Assembly: GCA_964427735.1 (NCBI GenBank) | Contig: CAYRUS010000001.1 | Coordinates: 356,747-420,746, forward strand | Length of the DNA stretch: 64,000 bases | Reading direction: 5' to 3' | Origin: an uncultured Gammaproteobacteria bacterium | Lineage (GTDB): Bacteria > Patescibacteriota > Microgenomatia > UBA8517 | Shown: piece by piece, positions 1 to 9,921 of the stretch | Layout: every line of letters begins with the position of its first letter | Numbering within the stretch: position 1 is the first letter of the stretch | Notes under the pieces: generated by a model | The model's database searches: none | What the model was told of the DNA's origin: nothing | What the model saw: only the letters and a program-made list of their open reading frames with translations | Made by a program: the position numbers and the translations under genes

Positions 1-155
1 CTCAGTTGGGCTAGTTATGGCATTTTCACTTATTAGTTTATTATTTGGTTAATTGTTTTTTACTTCAAATACAAAGAAAGACTGCTTTTGCTTAAAAAAA
101 CAATTAATCCTAACAATTTGAAATATAATAAAATATATGCTATTATTCCTATAAT

Positions 156-719
156 ATGAAGGATTTTTTTGGATTTCTTAGACACCCGTCTGAACCTAGA
201 CCGAGTACTAAACAAAGTTCTGAGGTCCGAAAAATTTGGCCTAAAGAGTACCAACCTATATTAGACTCTCCTGAAATAACCGAACAACAAAAGGCCTTAC
301 TTCGGTTTATTATTTATTTAGCCGAAAAAGAAAGATCAAGCAATGAACCAAACCAAAAAGAATCAGTTAAAGTAATTTGGGATGGGGGGGAAAGCACAGA
401 TGAAATCTTAAATGACATAACAACCAAATTTGAATCTTCTGGAAGCTTTAGTTTTTATACACCAACAATAGCCGATTACACAGTCATACAATGGATTATT
501 ACTGATAAACTAACAGAAGAATATCGAGGATGCCCTGATCTTCGTATATCTACTGATAAAAGCAGTAATCACTTACTCCTAAGAGCAAATATGGGAAGTA
601 TAACAGAAATCTCAGGAGAGCTTGAAGACGCTTTTGGCAATGAAGAATTTCCAGTAGTAGTTAAAGACAGAAACAATATCTATCTAAACAATGCTGCTAA
701 TAAACTTCAATTATTTTGA
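156..719 (+). CDS. hypothetical protein (187 aa)
   Basis: Long ORF with no recognisable motifs. TATAAT lies directly in front of the ATG, so the true start is uncertain. Confidence 0.35.
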   Translation: MKDFFGFLRHPSEPRPSTKQSSEVRKIWPKEYQPILDSPEITEQQKALLRFIIYLAEKERSSNEPNQKESVKVIWDGGESTDEILNDITTKFESSGSFSFYTPTIADYTVIQWIITDKLTEEYRGCPDLRISTDKSSNHLLLRANMGSITEISGELEDAFGNEEFPVVVKDRNNIYLNNAANKLQLF

Positions 720-747
720 AATTAACTAAAGAGAAAGTACTTAAACT

Positions 748-2877
748 CTAATCATTTTCTTTTTCATCATTTCCTCTGCCTCCTCGACCAAAATCATCAT
801 TCCCATTGCCTTGACCTTGATTACCCTCATTTCCGTTGCCTTCTCCTTCATTTCCGTCCCTATTTTGTTCCCCATCTTGATCTTGACCTTCTGGATTCTC
901 TGGAGACGGGCTTATTTGTGGACAAGACTGATTAGACAGAGTACCTTCCAAAACTACTTCTTCATATCTATTAGCCGATACGGGCTGTCTCTGGTCATTA
1001 TAAGAAATCCTACACAAACTCACTTTTTCCACGGTTGAAGGCATATCAAACTCTATTTCCGAAATACTGTCAAGATAGTGTCCCATTAAATCTTTCCAAA
1101 GAGGAGCAGCTCCCAAAGAACCTGCGACTCTACTCATCGGAGTGTTATCACTGTTTCCTACCCAAACTCCTACAACCAGGTTTGGGGTATAACCAATAGT
1201 CAGTGCATCGCGATAATCTTGGGTTGTCCCGGTTTTAACAGCAGCATTTACATTTATATTTAGTAAATTTCCAAATACTTCTGCCCTTGCATTTTTATCT
1301 GATAAAATTGACGAAATCAAATAAGCAGCACCTTCACTGATTACCCTTGTATCAGTTTCTCTTTTTTTACTTATTACTTTTCCATATTTGTCGCGAATCT
1401 CGAGAATAACAATTGGGTCAGCCCTAACTCCTCCATTGGCAAAGACACTATAAGCACTTACCAATTCATCCAGTCTTATTCCAGCTGAACCTAGTACAAA
1501 AGACAAACCATATTCACTTGGTTCACCGATAGTACTAAAACCAAATTCTTTGGCAGAATTCGCTGCTTTAACTAAACCTAATTTATCCATGACCTCGACT
1601 GCAGGAACATTTAAGGAGTTTGCTAATGCACGCCTTACTGTTACTGATCCTCTAAACCTATTATCATAATTACGAGGTCTATAATTTCTTTGAAATTCTC
1701 TTGGCTCATCTCTTAATATTGTTGCCGGGGTTATTATTTTTTCGTCGATTGCTACAGAATAGATTATGGGTTTAAAAGAAGAACCAGATTGACGGGGTGA
1801 TGTAGCCATATTAACTTTACCGTATCTTTCATCATTCCAGTCATAACTCCCAACCATGACTAAAATCTCCCCTGTATCCGGATCAATAACTACCACAGCT
1901 GCATTTGAGGCATTTTGGCTCTTTAGTTCCTCTACTCTTCTTTTGGCTGCTTCTTGAGCATATTCTTGCCAATCTCTATTAAGAGTTGTTTTAACCTGCA
2001 TTCCCGATCTGACAACATACTCCTCACCATATTCCTGACTAAGAATATCCTTTATCATGAGTGCAAAGTGCGGTGCTATTTGGTTTAATCCATCATCTAT
2101 TGGATTTACCACCAACTTTTGAATAGCTGCATCTTCAGCAGCTTCTTTGGTAATGTAACCGGCAGTAACCATTTGACCAAGCACAAGCTTCTGTCTTTCT
2201 TTGGCAATATTAGGATCATTAGATAAAGGTGAATATACAGACGGAGCTGGTAAAAGTCCAATTAATAATGCAGACTCACCTAAAGTTAGATCTTTGGTGC
2301 TTTTACTAAAATAAGTTTGTGCTGCTCCTTCTATCCCTACAGCTCCCTCTCCAAAATAGGCAGAATTTAAGTACATCTCAAGAATTTCATTTTTGGTAAA
2401 TCTTTTTTCCAATTCATTTGCCAAAACTACTTCCTGATATTTTCTGATAAAACTTTTTTCTGGGCTCAGTAGTTGATTTTTGACTAATCCTTGAGAAATT
2501 GTAGACCCACCCTGCTTTATTTCTCCTGCGTTTAAATTAACCCAAAACGCCCGAATGATTCCCCTGGTGGAAAACCCTTCATGGTTATAAAACCCTCTGT
2601 CTTCCATTGCTATTAAAGCATTTATTGTATGTTCAGGAATATCTGAAAGCTCGACATCATCCCTTGTTTTTGCTTGACCAAAAACAAAAAAAGGCTCTCC
2701 CTCACGATCAAGTAAAATAAGTCCGCTCTCATTTCTATTCATTATTCTCTCTTTACTACCTAAATCCCGTGCAAAATATGCATAAGTTGTCATAGGGATA
2801 CCCAAAATCAAAAGAATTGCAGTCATAGAAAGAATAAATAGAACTACCCTTAATGGAATTCCTAGTTTCTTTATCAT
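748..2877 (-). CDS. class A penicillin-binding protein (bifunctional transglycosylase/transpeptidase, PBP1A-like)
   Basis: N-terminal TM helix. GT51 motifs EDRGFYNHEGFS and GGSTISQGL. Transpeptidase motifs SGSSFKP (SxxK), SLN (SxN) and KTGTT. The C-terminal tail is low-complexity, rich in G/N/E/Q/D. Confidence 0.9.
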   Translation of the reverse strand: MIKKLGIPLRVVLFILSMTAILLILGIPMTTYAYFARDLGSKERIMNRNESGLILLDREGEPFFVFGQAKTRDDVELSDIPEHTINALIAMEDRGFYNHEGFSTRGIIRAFWVNLNAGEIKQGGSTISQGLVKNQLLSPEKSFIRKYQEVVLANELEKRFTKNEILEMYLNSAYFGEGAVGIEGAAQTYFSKSTKDLTLGESALLIGLLPAPSVYSPLSNDPNIAKERQKLVLGQMVTAGYITKEAAEDAAIQKLVVNPIDDGLNQIAPHFALMIKDILSQEYGEEYVVRSGMQVKTTLNRDWQEYAQEAAKRRVEELKSQNASNAAVVVIDPDTGEILVMVGSYDWNDERYGKVNMATSPRQSGSSFKPIIYSVAIDEKIITPATILRDEPREFQRNYRPRNYDNRFRGSVTVRRALANSLNVPAVEVMDKLGLVKAANSAKEFGFSTIGEPSEYGLSFVLGSAGIRLDELVSAYSVFANGGVRADPIVILEIRDKYGKVISKKRETDTRVISEGAAYLISSILSDKNARAEVFGNLLNINVNAAVKTGTTQDYRDALTIGYTPNLVVGVWVGNSDNTPMSRVAGSLGAAPLWKDLMGHYLDSISEIEFDMPSTVEKVSLCRISYNDQRQPVSANRYEEVVLEGTLSNQSCPQISPSPENPEGQDQDGEQNRDGNEGEGNGNEGNQGQGNGNDDFGRGGRGNDEKEND

Positions 2878-2975
2878 TTCACCAGCACTATAAGCATTTG
2901 GATGTAAAAATCGGATGAAAGTTAAGTAAGCATTTAACTTATATAGTATTTATCTGTTTGATTTATTGAAGAAAA

Positions 2976-3263
2976 CTAATAACGCTTGCGTCCTCTCCAT
3001 CGTCTTTTGGCTTTTGTCCCTTCCTTTAATTTTCCATCTGGTTGACCACTAATATGTGTAGACGGTCTCCCCTTCCTATGTGCTATCTGTCTAAAAATGT
3101 CTTGCATACTAATTCCAGGATCTTTGTTTAGTCTTGATCGGATTGCCTCTACTGCTGCTGCCTCTGGATCTTCAGGATGTGTAGCAAAAAAAAACCTTTT
3201 TAAATGTTTGGCTAATGTATCTATCTCACTTCCTTCTTTACCAGATTTAAACATTTCAGTCAT
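2976..3263 (-). CDS. hypothetical small basic protein (95 aa)
   Basis: ORF with an Arg/Lys-rich C-terminus (KRRWRGRKRY). No family recognised. Confidence 0.3.
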   Translation of the reverse strand: MTEMFKSGKEGSEIDTLAKHLKRFFFATHPEDPEAAAVEAIRSRLNKDPGISMQDIFRQIAHRKGRPSTHISGQPDGKLKEGTKAKRRWRGRKRY

Positions 3264-3327
3264 ATTAATATTCTATAGTATTAAGTTAATGATTTGGAGA
3301 ACTTATTCTCTCTAATATTTCTCCAGA

Positions 3328-5163
3328 TTAGTTTTGAGATCTGTTTTTATGCTGCCTTCTTTCCACTTCTGTGAGATATTTTTTACGTAGTCTAAGGTTT
3401 AAAGGCGTTATTTCCAAAAGCTCGTCTTTCTCCAAAAAGTCTAACGACTGCTCCAAACTAAGTACTGTTGCCGGAGTGAGTTTTACTGTAGCATCAGCTG
3501 CGGCTGCACGCATATTAGTTAGTTTTTTGCCTTTACAGACGTTTATGCTTATGTCTTCATCTCGGGAATTTTGCCCTATTATCATACCTTCATATACAGG
3601 AGTCCCAGGGCCAACAAAAGTAATACCTCTTCCTTGAGCATTAGCAAGACCATAAGCGAGAGCTTCTCCACTAGTAGCAGAAATTAATGCTCCCTTTCTT
3701 AATTTTGGTAAAACCTTACCCAGTTTTTGATATCCAATCATTTGTGAACTCATGATAACAGTCCCCTTAGTCTTTGTGAGCAAAAGATTCCTAAGACCAA
3801 TAAGAGCTCGTGTAGGAATATGGTAAATAAATTCTGTTTCTGTATCATTTATATTTTCCATTTTTATTAACTCTCCGGTTCTTTTACCTAACTCTTGATT
3901 GATGGTTCCAACAAAATCATTGTGTACAATAATGTCTACCTCTTCCAGAGGTTCTTGATCAACTCCGTCTATTACTTTTGTAATCACTTCTGGTTTACCT
4001 ACTTCCATTTCAAATCCTTCACGTCTTAAAGTTTCTAATAAAATAGCCAAATGTAATTCTCCTCTTCCAGATAACTTGAATTTCCCATTATTTAAAACTT
4101 CTACTCTAAGGCTCAAGTTACTCTCCAATTCCTCTTCTAGCCTTTTTTGTATTTGTCTTGAAGTCGTGTACTTTCCTTCTCTACCTGAAAATGGTGAAGT
4201 ATTTGGACCTAGTGTCATATGAAGCGTAGGATCACTAATTTCTAAAGCTGGCAATGCTTCAAAGTCTTTTGGATCTGTTACTGTTAAACCAATTTGGGCA
4301 TCTTCTATTCCTGCAATTGCAATTATATCTCCTGCTTCAGCTTCTTCTATCTCTATCCGATCCAAACCACTAGCTGTCATTAATTTTTCTATAGTCCAGT
4401 ACTTTTGGGGTGAATTAGCTAAAACTACTTTTTGTCCTTTGGAAACTATACCTTGATGTATTCTTCCTATGGCAATTCTTCCTGTATGTGAATCATAAGC
4501 AAGTGAAGAAATAAGCATTTTAAACGGCTCATTGTTGTCAGCTTCTGGAGCAGGTACTCTACTTAAAATAGTATCCAGTAAAGGATACACATCACCTTCT
4601 TGATCAATACTATCAGGCATTTCATTGAAAACAACACCTTTTCTCCCTATTGCAAATAAAATTGGGAACTCTAAATCTGATTCATCAGAAGCTAATTCCA
4701 GAAATAATTCCTCAACTTTTGCAATAACTTCTTGTACTCTTGCTTGCTTTTTATCTATTTTGTTTATAAGAACAATAACTTTAAGTTTAAGATCCAAAGC
4801 TTTCCTTAAAACAAATCTTGTTTGAGGCATTGGTCCTTCTTGGGCATCTACAATTAAAAGAGCTCCATCAGCCATACTAAGAGTTCTTTCTACTTCACCA
4901 GAAAAATCAGCATGCCCTGGGGTATCGATAATATTTATCTTGACATCCTTATATGTTATTGCACAGTTTTTAGCTAAGATTGTAATACCCTTTTCTTTTT
5001 CCAAGTCATTACTATCCAGAATTCTTTCCATACTCATTTCCTCTTGATTGTCCCGGAAAACATGAGTTTGTTTGAGTAAAGCGTCTACCAACGTTGTCTT
5101 ACCATGATCAACGTGAGCAATCACTGCTATATTTCGTATATTTTTTTCCATTTTTTTGCACAA
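3328..5163 (-). CDS. typA: translational GTPase TypA/BipA
   Basis: G1 motif AHVDHGKTTL, G3 motif DTPGHADF, NKID; EF-G-like domain order; 611 aa. Confidence 0.9.
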   Translation of the reverse strand: MCKKMEKNIRNIAVIAHVDHGKTTLVDALLKQTHVFRDNQEEMSMERILDSNDLEKEKGITILAKNCAITYKDVKINIIDTPGHADFSGEVERTLSMADGALLIVDAQEGPMPQTRFVLRKALDLKLKVIVLINKIDKKQARVQEVIAKVEELFLELASDESDLEFPILFAIGRKGVVFNEMPDSIDQEGDVYPLLDTILSRVPAPEADNNEPFKMLISSLAYDSHTGRIAIGRIHQGIVSKGQKVVLANSPQKYWTIEKLMTASGLDRIEIEEAEAGDIIAIAGIEDAQIGLTVTDPKDFEALPALEISDPTLHMTLGPNTSPFSGREGKYTTSRQIQKRLEEELESNLSLRVEVLNNGKFKLSGRGELHLAILLETLRREGFEMEVGKPEVITKVIDGVDQEPLEEVDIIVHNDFVGTINQELGKRTGELIKMENINDTETEFIYHIPTRALIGLRNLLLTKTKGTVIMSSQMIGYQKLGKVLPKLRKGALISATSGEALAYGLANAQGRGITFVGPGTPVYEGMIIGQNSRDEDISINVCKGKKLTNMRAAAADATVKLTPATVLSLEQSLDFLEKDELLEITPLNLRLRKKYLTEVERRQHKNRSQN

Positions 5164-5311
5164 AAAAAACCTGTCGCCAGGTTTTTAATAAATAAAAATC
5201 GACACATTATTATACCAAAAATAATGCCTAAAATGCATTATTAAAACAAAATAAGCACTATTAAACAAATTTCAGAGGTAATATAATTATTGGAATCTTG
5301 AAATATTAAAG

Positions 5312-6391
5312 ATGAAACAGTCAAAATACAACAAAATCTTGTTTGCCGGATTAATAGTAATTTTTATTGGAACAGTTGTTTATTCTAACCACTCAACTGA
5401 AAATACTGTAACACCTATTAATTATAATTTGATAAACGAAGGAGGTCTTAGTGAACCAGAATTTCATCCTTTATCCATAGAATCATTAAGACAAGGAGAA
5501 TATCCTGGTAGCGAGATAGTTTTTGAACAAAAACTCGAACCTGGATCTAACTACCAAAGATATATAGCTTCCTATAAATCAGAAGGTTTAAAAATTTATG
5601 GACTTTTAACAATTCCTAATGGCTCTACACCAGAAGGCGGGTGGCCTGCAATTATTTTTAATCATGGCTATATACCACCAGCTCAATACAAAACAACAGA
5701 AAGATATCTTGCTTATACTGACGCCTTCTCAAGAAACGGATATGTATTATTTAAACCAGACTATCGAGGACATGGAAATTCAGAAGGTGCAGCATCCGGA
5801 GGATATGGATCAAACGGATATACCATTGATGCCATGAATGCTTTAGCTTCTATAAAAACTCTTAAAGACGAAAACCAGTCACAAATTGTTAACCAAGAAA
5901 ATATCGGTATGTGGGGTCACTCCATGGGAGGGCATATCACACTTGAAAGCATGGTTGTTAATAAAGAGATAAAAGCTGGAGTAATTTGGGCAGGGGTTGT
6001 TGGGTCATATGAAGATTTATTTAACCGATGGAGAAGAAGGGGTACATTAAACACTCCTTCCTCTACATCTCAACCTTCGACAAGAGGTGGTAGATGGAGA
6101 CAAGAGCTCTCTGAATCATATGGGACACCAGAAAAAAATCCAGAATTCTGGAATAGTTTATCCGCAACAAGTTTTCTAAATGATTTATCAGGTCCAATTC
6201 AAATTCATCATGGGACAAACGACACTTCAGTTCCAGTAGAATTTTCTGTTAATTTAGATGAAAAAATAAAGGCAACCAATAAAGTCAGTGAACTGTTTAT
6301 TTATAATGGAGATGACCATAACCTTTCACAAAATTTTAGTATTGCTATCAACCGCTCAGTTGAATTCTTTGATAAATATCTAAAAAATTGA
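5312..6391 (+). CDS. alpha/beta hydrolase (S9 peptidase / dienelactone-hydrolase-like), N-terminally anchored
   Basis: N-terminal TM/signal anchor. Nucleophile elbow GHSMGG. Downstream Asp (GTNDTSVP) and His (GDDHNL) consistent with a catalytic triad. Confidence 0.6.
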   Translation: MKQSKYNKILFAGLIVIFIGTVVYSNHSTENTVTPINYNLINEGGLSEPEFHPLSIESLRQGEYPGSEIVFEQKLEPGSNYQRYIASYKSEGLKIYGLLTIPNGSTPEGGWPAIIFNHGYIPPAQYKTTERYLAYTDAFSRNGYVLFKPDYRGHGNSEGAASGGYGSNGYTIDAMNALASIKTLKDENQSQIVNQENIGMWGHSMGGHITLESMVVNKEIKAGVIWAGVVGSYEDLFNRWRRRGTLNTPSSTSQPSTRGGRWRQELSESYGTPEKNPEFWNSLSATSFLNDLSGPIQIHHGTNDTSVPVEFSVNLDEKIKATNKVSELFIYNGDDHNLSQNFSIAINRSVEFFDKYLKN

Positions 6392-6404
6392 TTGATGCTC
6401 AAAA

Positions 6405-7007
6405 TTATTTGTCTTCAATATAATACCTTATTTCTTCATTTTCAGGGTCTAATAGATTGTAAAGAAACGTAATGTCTTCGTCCTTATGGCGGATGCAGCC
6501 TGAGCTACCGAGATCATTTTCTGATAGCCTATCTTCTTCTCCTGCTACACCATGCAAACCAAATGCCCCTGGAAGTACCCAGTTACACTGACCGTTGCAC
6601 TCGAGGTAAGGCTCAGGACCATATGGTTCATTTTCAGAAACAGGAATGTCCAAAATCAAAAAGTACGGTGCAGTCTCGTCGCTATCTTTTGTCTCTACCT
6701 TTTGTGTAATTATCCAATATTCTCTTCCCATTAATTGAGGCAAAGGGGTTGGCCTCTCGCCAGGAATTCCGGTTTTCACTTTAAATGTTTTTATTAACTT
6801 GCTGTTATTTTTATCTCCTGGAATACCTTGATACAAAAATTCTATATTTGACTTCCTATGAAGTAACATCCAATAATCTTGACTTTGGGTAGATAATCCT
6901 TCTATTAATTCGTTTCCTGGTGGTGTTTTTTTGATTAAAAAAATAACAAAAAATAAAGCACACAAAGAAAAAACTATAACAAATGATTTTATATAAAATG
7001 TTTTCAT
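6405..7007 (-). CDS. L,D-transpeptidase (YkuD-like catalytic domain)
   Basis: N-terminal TM helix. YkuD active-site pattern GLHG...SSGCIRH (His, then the catalytic Cys in S-x-G-C-I-R). Confidence 0.65.
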   Translation of the reverse strand: MKTFYIKSFVIVFSLCALFFVIFLIKKTPPGNELIEGLSTQSQDYWMLLHRKSNIEFLYQGIPGDKNNSKLIKTFKVKTGIPGERPTPLPQLMGREYWIITQKVETKDSDETAPYFLILDIPVSENEPYGPEPYLECNGQCNWVLPGAFGLHGVAGEEDRLSENDLGSSGCIRHKDEDITFLYNLLDPENEEIRYYIEDK

Positions 7008-7044
7008 TTTGTGAAAATTGCCTTAAAACTGGTAAAATACGCTA

Positions 7045-8133
7045 ATGTATAAAAAAATTTTTCTATTTTTACTATTTATAGGAATTGGTTTTTGGCTTAT
7101 TGTTTTTTATTTTAACAATCAAGTTAAAACAGACATGTCTAAAAATGGTGATACTTATGTTACAACACCAATTCCCACAACAACTATCAATAGTTTGCAA
7201 AATCCACCACAGCAAAGAATTTTAGCTAATGACTACCATGTTTTTCAAACTTTCAATAACTGCGGACCGGCTGCCCTATCTATGGCACTTTCGTATTATG
7301 GCATAAATGAGTCGCAACAAAAGCTAGGGCAAGAACTTCGACCATACCAAAACCCTGTAGGTGATAACGACGATAAATCAGTCACTCTAGAGGAGCTTGC
7401 AGAAAAATCAAAAGAATATGGGCTTATTCCTTTTCATAGACCAAATGGCAATACTCAAATGATCAAACAGTTTATAAATTATGACATTCCTATAATAACT
7501 AGAACTTGGTTATACGAAAACGAAGACATTGGTCATTACAGAGTTATTAAAGGATTTGACGATACAACTAGTGAGATTATACAAGACGACTCTTTACAGG
7601 GGAAAAACTTGCGTTACTCTTATCAAGAATTCAATGCAATTTGGAAAAAGTTTAATTATGAATTTTTGGTGCTTGTACCTGAAAACAAAGTAAATATTGC
7701 CAAGCAAATTTTAGGACAAAACTCAGATGAAATAGCATCGTGGAATCTAGCAGCTGAAAATGCATCTAATGAACTGGAGATAAATCCAAATGATATTTAT
7801 TCTCGTTTTAATCTCTCTATTGCTTTATCAAAAGTAGGAAAACACCAAAAAGCAGTCGAAGAGTTTGAAAAAGTAGAAAACAAGCTTCCTTTTAGAACCT
7901 TATGGTATCAAATAGAACCTATTGAATCCTATTATGAGCTTGGTAATTACGATAAAGTTTTTGCCATAACAGATAATATTTTAAATAATCATAACCGTGC
8001 ATTTTCAGAACTTTACCTAATTAGAGGAAATATATACCTTAATGAGGGAAATCAAGAACTAGCAGAAGAGGAATTTGAAAAAGCAGTTTTGTATAACAAT
8101 ACTTTCAGAGATAAAATACCTCACATCAATTAA
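7045..8133 (+). CDS. C39-like cysteine peptidase domain fused to TPR repeats, secreted/anchored
   Basis: N-terminal TM. Cys motif NNCGPAALSMAL and His motif DIGHYRVIKGFDD resemble peptidase_C39-like domains. The C-terminal half has TPR-like helical repeats (YYELGNYDKV..., LIRGNIYLNEGNQELAEEEFEKAV). Confidence 0.5.
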   Translation: MYKKIFLFLLFIGIGFWLIVFYFNNQVKTDMSKNGDTYVTTPIPTTTINSLQNPPQQRILANDYHVFQTFNNCGPAALSMALSYYGINESQQKLGQELRPYQNPVGDNDDKSVTLEELAEKSKEYGLIPFHRPNGNTQMIKQFINYDIPIITRTWLYENEDIGHYRVIKGFDDTTSEIIQDDSLQGKNLRYSYQEFNAIWKKFNYEFLVLVPENKVNIAKQILGQNSDEIASWNLAAENASNELEINPNDIYSRFNLSIALSKVGKHQKAVEEFEKVENKLPFRTLWYQIEPIESYYELGNYDKVFAITDNILNNHNRAFSELYLIRGNIYLNEGNQELAEEEFEKAVLYNNTFRDKIPHIN

Positions 8134-9262
8134 AGATTTTAGGATTAATTTTAATTAGCTTGTCATCCCCTTGGTTTTTCCTTCCTCTACCATCAGTGTT
8201 ACTTGTTGTTATATATAAAAATCCATCGGGACCAAGTCTTACACCTCTGAGTCTCCCGTATTCTCCATCAAAATGCTTTGTCAGGTTTTCCACGTTACTA
8301 CCGTTTAACTTAGCTTGATACAAAGCACTACCCCTTAAACCTACAAAAAATATACTACCATCAACAAAAGCTGCTCCCGAAGGAGCCCATGTTTCATTTG
8401 GACCGGAATGAATTATTGGCTTGACCATTTCAGGATTTTCTTCATCACCTTGTATTTCTGGCCAACCGTAATTTTTCCCTTTTTCAACCAAATTTAACTC
8501 ATCAAATCCTGATCTAACACCACTTCTACCGTGCTCTGTTGCCCATAATCGTCCTTCTGCATCCCAAGCAAGTCCTTGTACGTTTCTATGACCATATGAA
8601 TAAACCTCATTGCCAAAAGGGTTATCTTCTGGAATGGATCCATCATCCTTTACTCGCAATATTTTGCCATTTAGTGAATCTCTATCTTGAGAAAGTCTTT
8701 CTTGACCAGCATCTCCTGTCCCAATATAAAGATAGCCATCAGAACCAATGTGAATTCTGCCCCCATCGTGTACAGATGAACCTAAAATCCCATCAACTAT
8801 TACATCTCTGTTTGTTAAAGAGTTACCGTCTAACTGATACCTTTCTACTCTGTTTACAATCTTTCCATTTTCTTCACTAGTTAAATATAAGTAAATTAAG
8901 TGATTTTCTTCATAATTCGGATGTAAAGCCATTCCCATCAATCCGCCCTCCCCTATGTGTCTTACACCAGAAACCTCTATTACTGACTTATCTTGTATTT
9001 TTAATAATCTTCCTGGTCTTTCTGTGACCAATATTTCTCCACTTGGCAAAAATTCAACTTCCCATGGGATTTCTAAATTTTCTGCTATTACTTCTATATC
9101 CAATATTTCTTCACTTTCTGGAGTTATTTGAACACCATTGTCCGGAGTATAAACGTTTGATGAAGTACTTGATGAAGATGGGTCTGAAATGTTTCGATAA
9201 TAATAAAATCCACCAGCACCAAGTAGTATAAATACTAGAAATATGATTAAATATTTTTTCAT
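8126..9262 (-). CDS. PQQ-dependent sugar (glucose/sorbosone) dehydrogenase-like beta-propeller protein
   Basis: Signal/TM N-terminus. Motifs GLMGMALHPNY, HDGGRIHIGSDGYLYIGTGD and LGPDGFLYITT resemble the soluble quinoprotein GSDH family. Confidence 0.55.
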   Translation of the reverse strand: MKKYLIIFLVFILLGAGGFYYYRNISDPSSSSTSSNVYTPDNGVQITPESEEILDIEVIAENLEIPWEVEFLPSGEILVTERPGRLLKIQDKSVIEVSGVRHIGEGGLMGMALHPNYEENHLIYLYLTSEENGKIVNRVERYQLDGNSLTNRDVIVDGILGSSVHDGGRIHIGSDGYLYIGTGDAGQERLSQDRDSLNGKILRVKDDGSIPEDNPFGNEVYSYGHRNVQGLAWDAEGRLWATEHGRSGVRSGFDELNLVEKGKNYGWPEIQGDEENPEMVKPIIHSGPNETWAPSGAAFVDGSIFFVGLRGSALYQAKLNGSNVENLTKHFDGEYGRLRGVRLGPDGFLYITTSNTDGRGRKNQGDDKLIKINPKIFN

Positions 9263-9365
9263 AAAACCTTACTAGTACTAATTATATACTACTTTTGGTT
9301 ACTGGTAACATGATACAAAACAATTATCAATTGCTCATAATCATGGGAAAAGTATAAATTCAGCT

Positions 9366-9665
9366 TTAACGCCTATTATCTCTTCTATTGAAGTTACGCC
9401 TTGTATCTCCTCTATCTTCTTTTGGTCTTGCTTCATTAACATTAATGGTTCTGCCACCAAAATCTTTACCATTGAGTGTATCAATAGCTTTTTGTGCTTC
9501 TTCATCATTTTCCATTTCCACAAATCCAAAACCTTTACTTCTACCTGAATCTCTATCTGTGATAATAACACAAGAAATAACTGTTCCTATTTCAGAAAAT
9601 AATTCTTGGAGTTCTGCTTCAGTTGAACTGTATGGGAGTCCTCCTACAAATAATCTTTTAGCCAC
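9366..9665 (-). CDS. RNA-binding protein with RRM domain and Arg-rich tail
   Basis: RNP-2 LFVGGL and RNP-1 KGFGFVEM. C-terminal RD/RR-rich tail. About 255 bp of 5' leader. Confidence 0.85.
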   Translation of the reverse strand: MAKRLFVGGLPYSSTEAELQELFSEIGTVISCVIITDRDSGRSKGFGFVEMENDEEAQKAIDTLNGKDFGGRTINVNEARPKEDRGDTRRNFNRRDNRR

Positions 9666-9921
9666 TAATTCTCACCGCCTCTCATTATTTTTGTCTTTGC
9701 TTTAACAAAGACTTATAACAAACTAATTTCTTTGCCGCATCTAATGGGAAAAAACTCAAGAAGGTTTTTGTCTAATTAAATAAAACAGCTAGAAACTCTA
9801 CACTACCCGAAAGTAGTTTGCTTATTATATCACACTAGTAGCTTAATTCACATAATTTGTAGATTAACCAACATTTCTGGATGTTTTTTTGGAACGTAAA
9901 ATCGTCTAAGATATTAATTAT

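Noticed and set aside
150-158. TATAAT immediately abutting the ATG of the first ORF as a promoter -10
   Set aside because: Spacing would put the transcription start inside the coding sequence. Either the true start codon is further downstream or the hexamer is fortuitous in AT-rich DNA.
811-1038. Numerous 60-150-aa ORFs lying antisense inside long genes (e.g. 811-1038, 3371-3637, 24693-25136, 60167-60703)
   Set aside because: Each is fully embedded in a well-supported gene on the opposite strand with strong motif evidence. Treated as statistical artefacts of AT-rich sequence.
5166-5192. Hairpin AAAAACCTG-tcgc-CAGGTTTTT between typA and the hydrolase gene as a terminator
   Set aside because: It lies upstream of both divergent genes, so it cannot terminate either. 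It may be an incidental palindrome or an operator. Evidence is insufficient to call a feature.
9868-9892. CCAACAT-ttctgg-ATGTT-TTTTTTGG as a + strand terminator upstream of the small membrane protein gene
   Set aside because: Only a 5-bp stem and no upstream + strand gene to terminate. Low confidence, so not listed as a feature.
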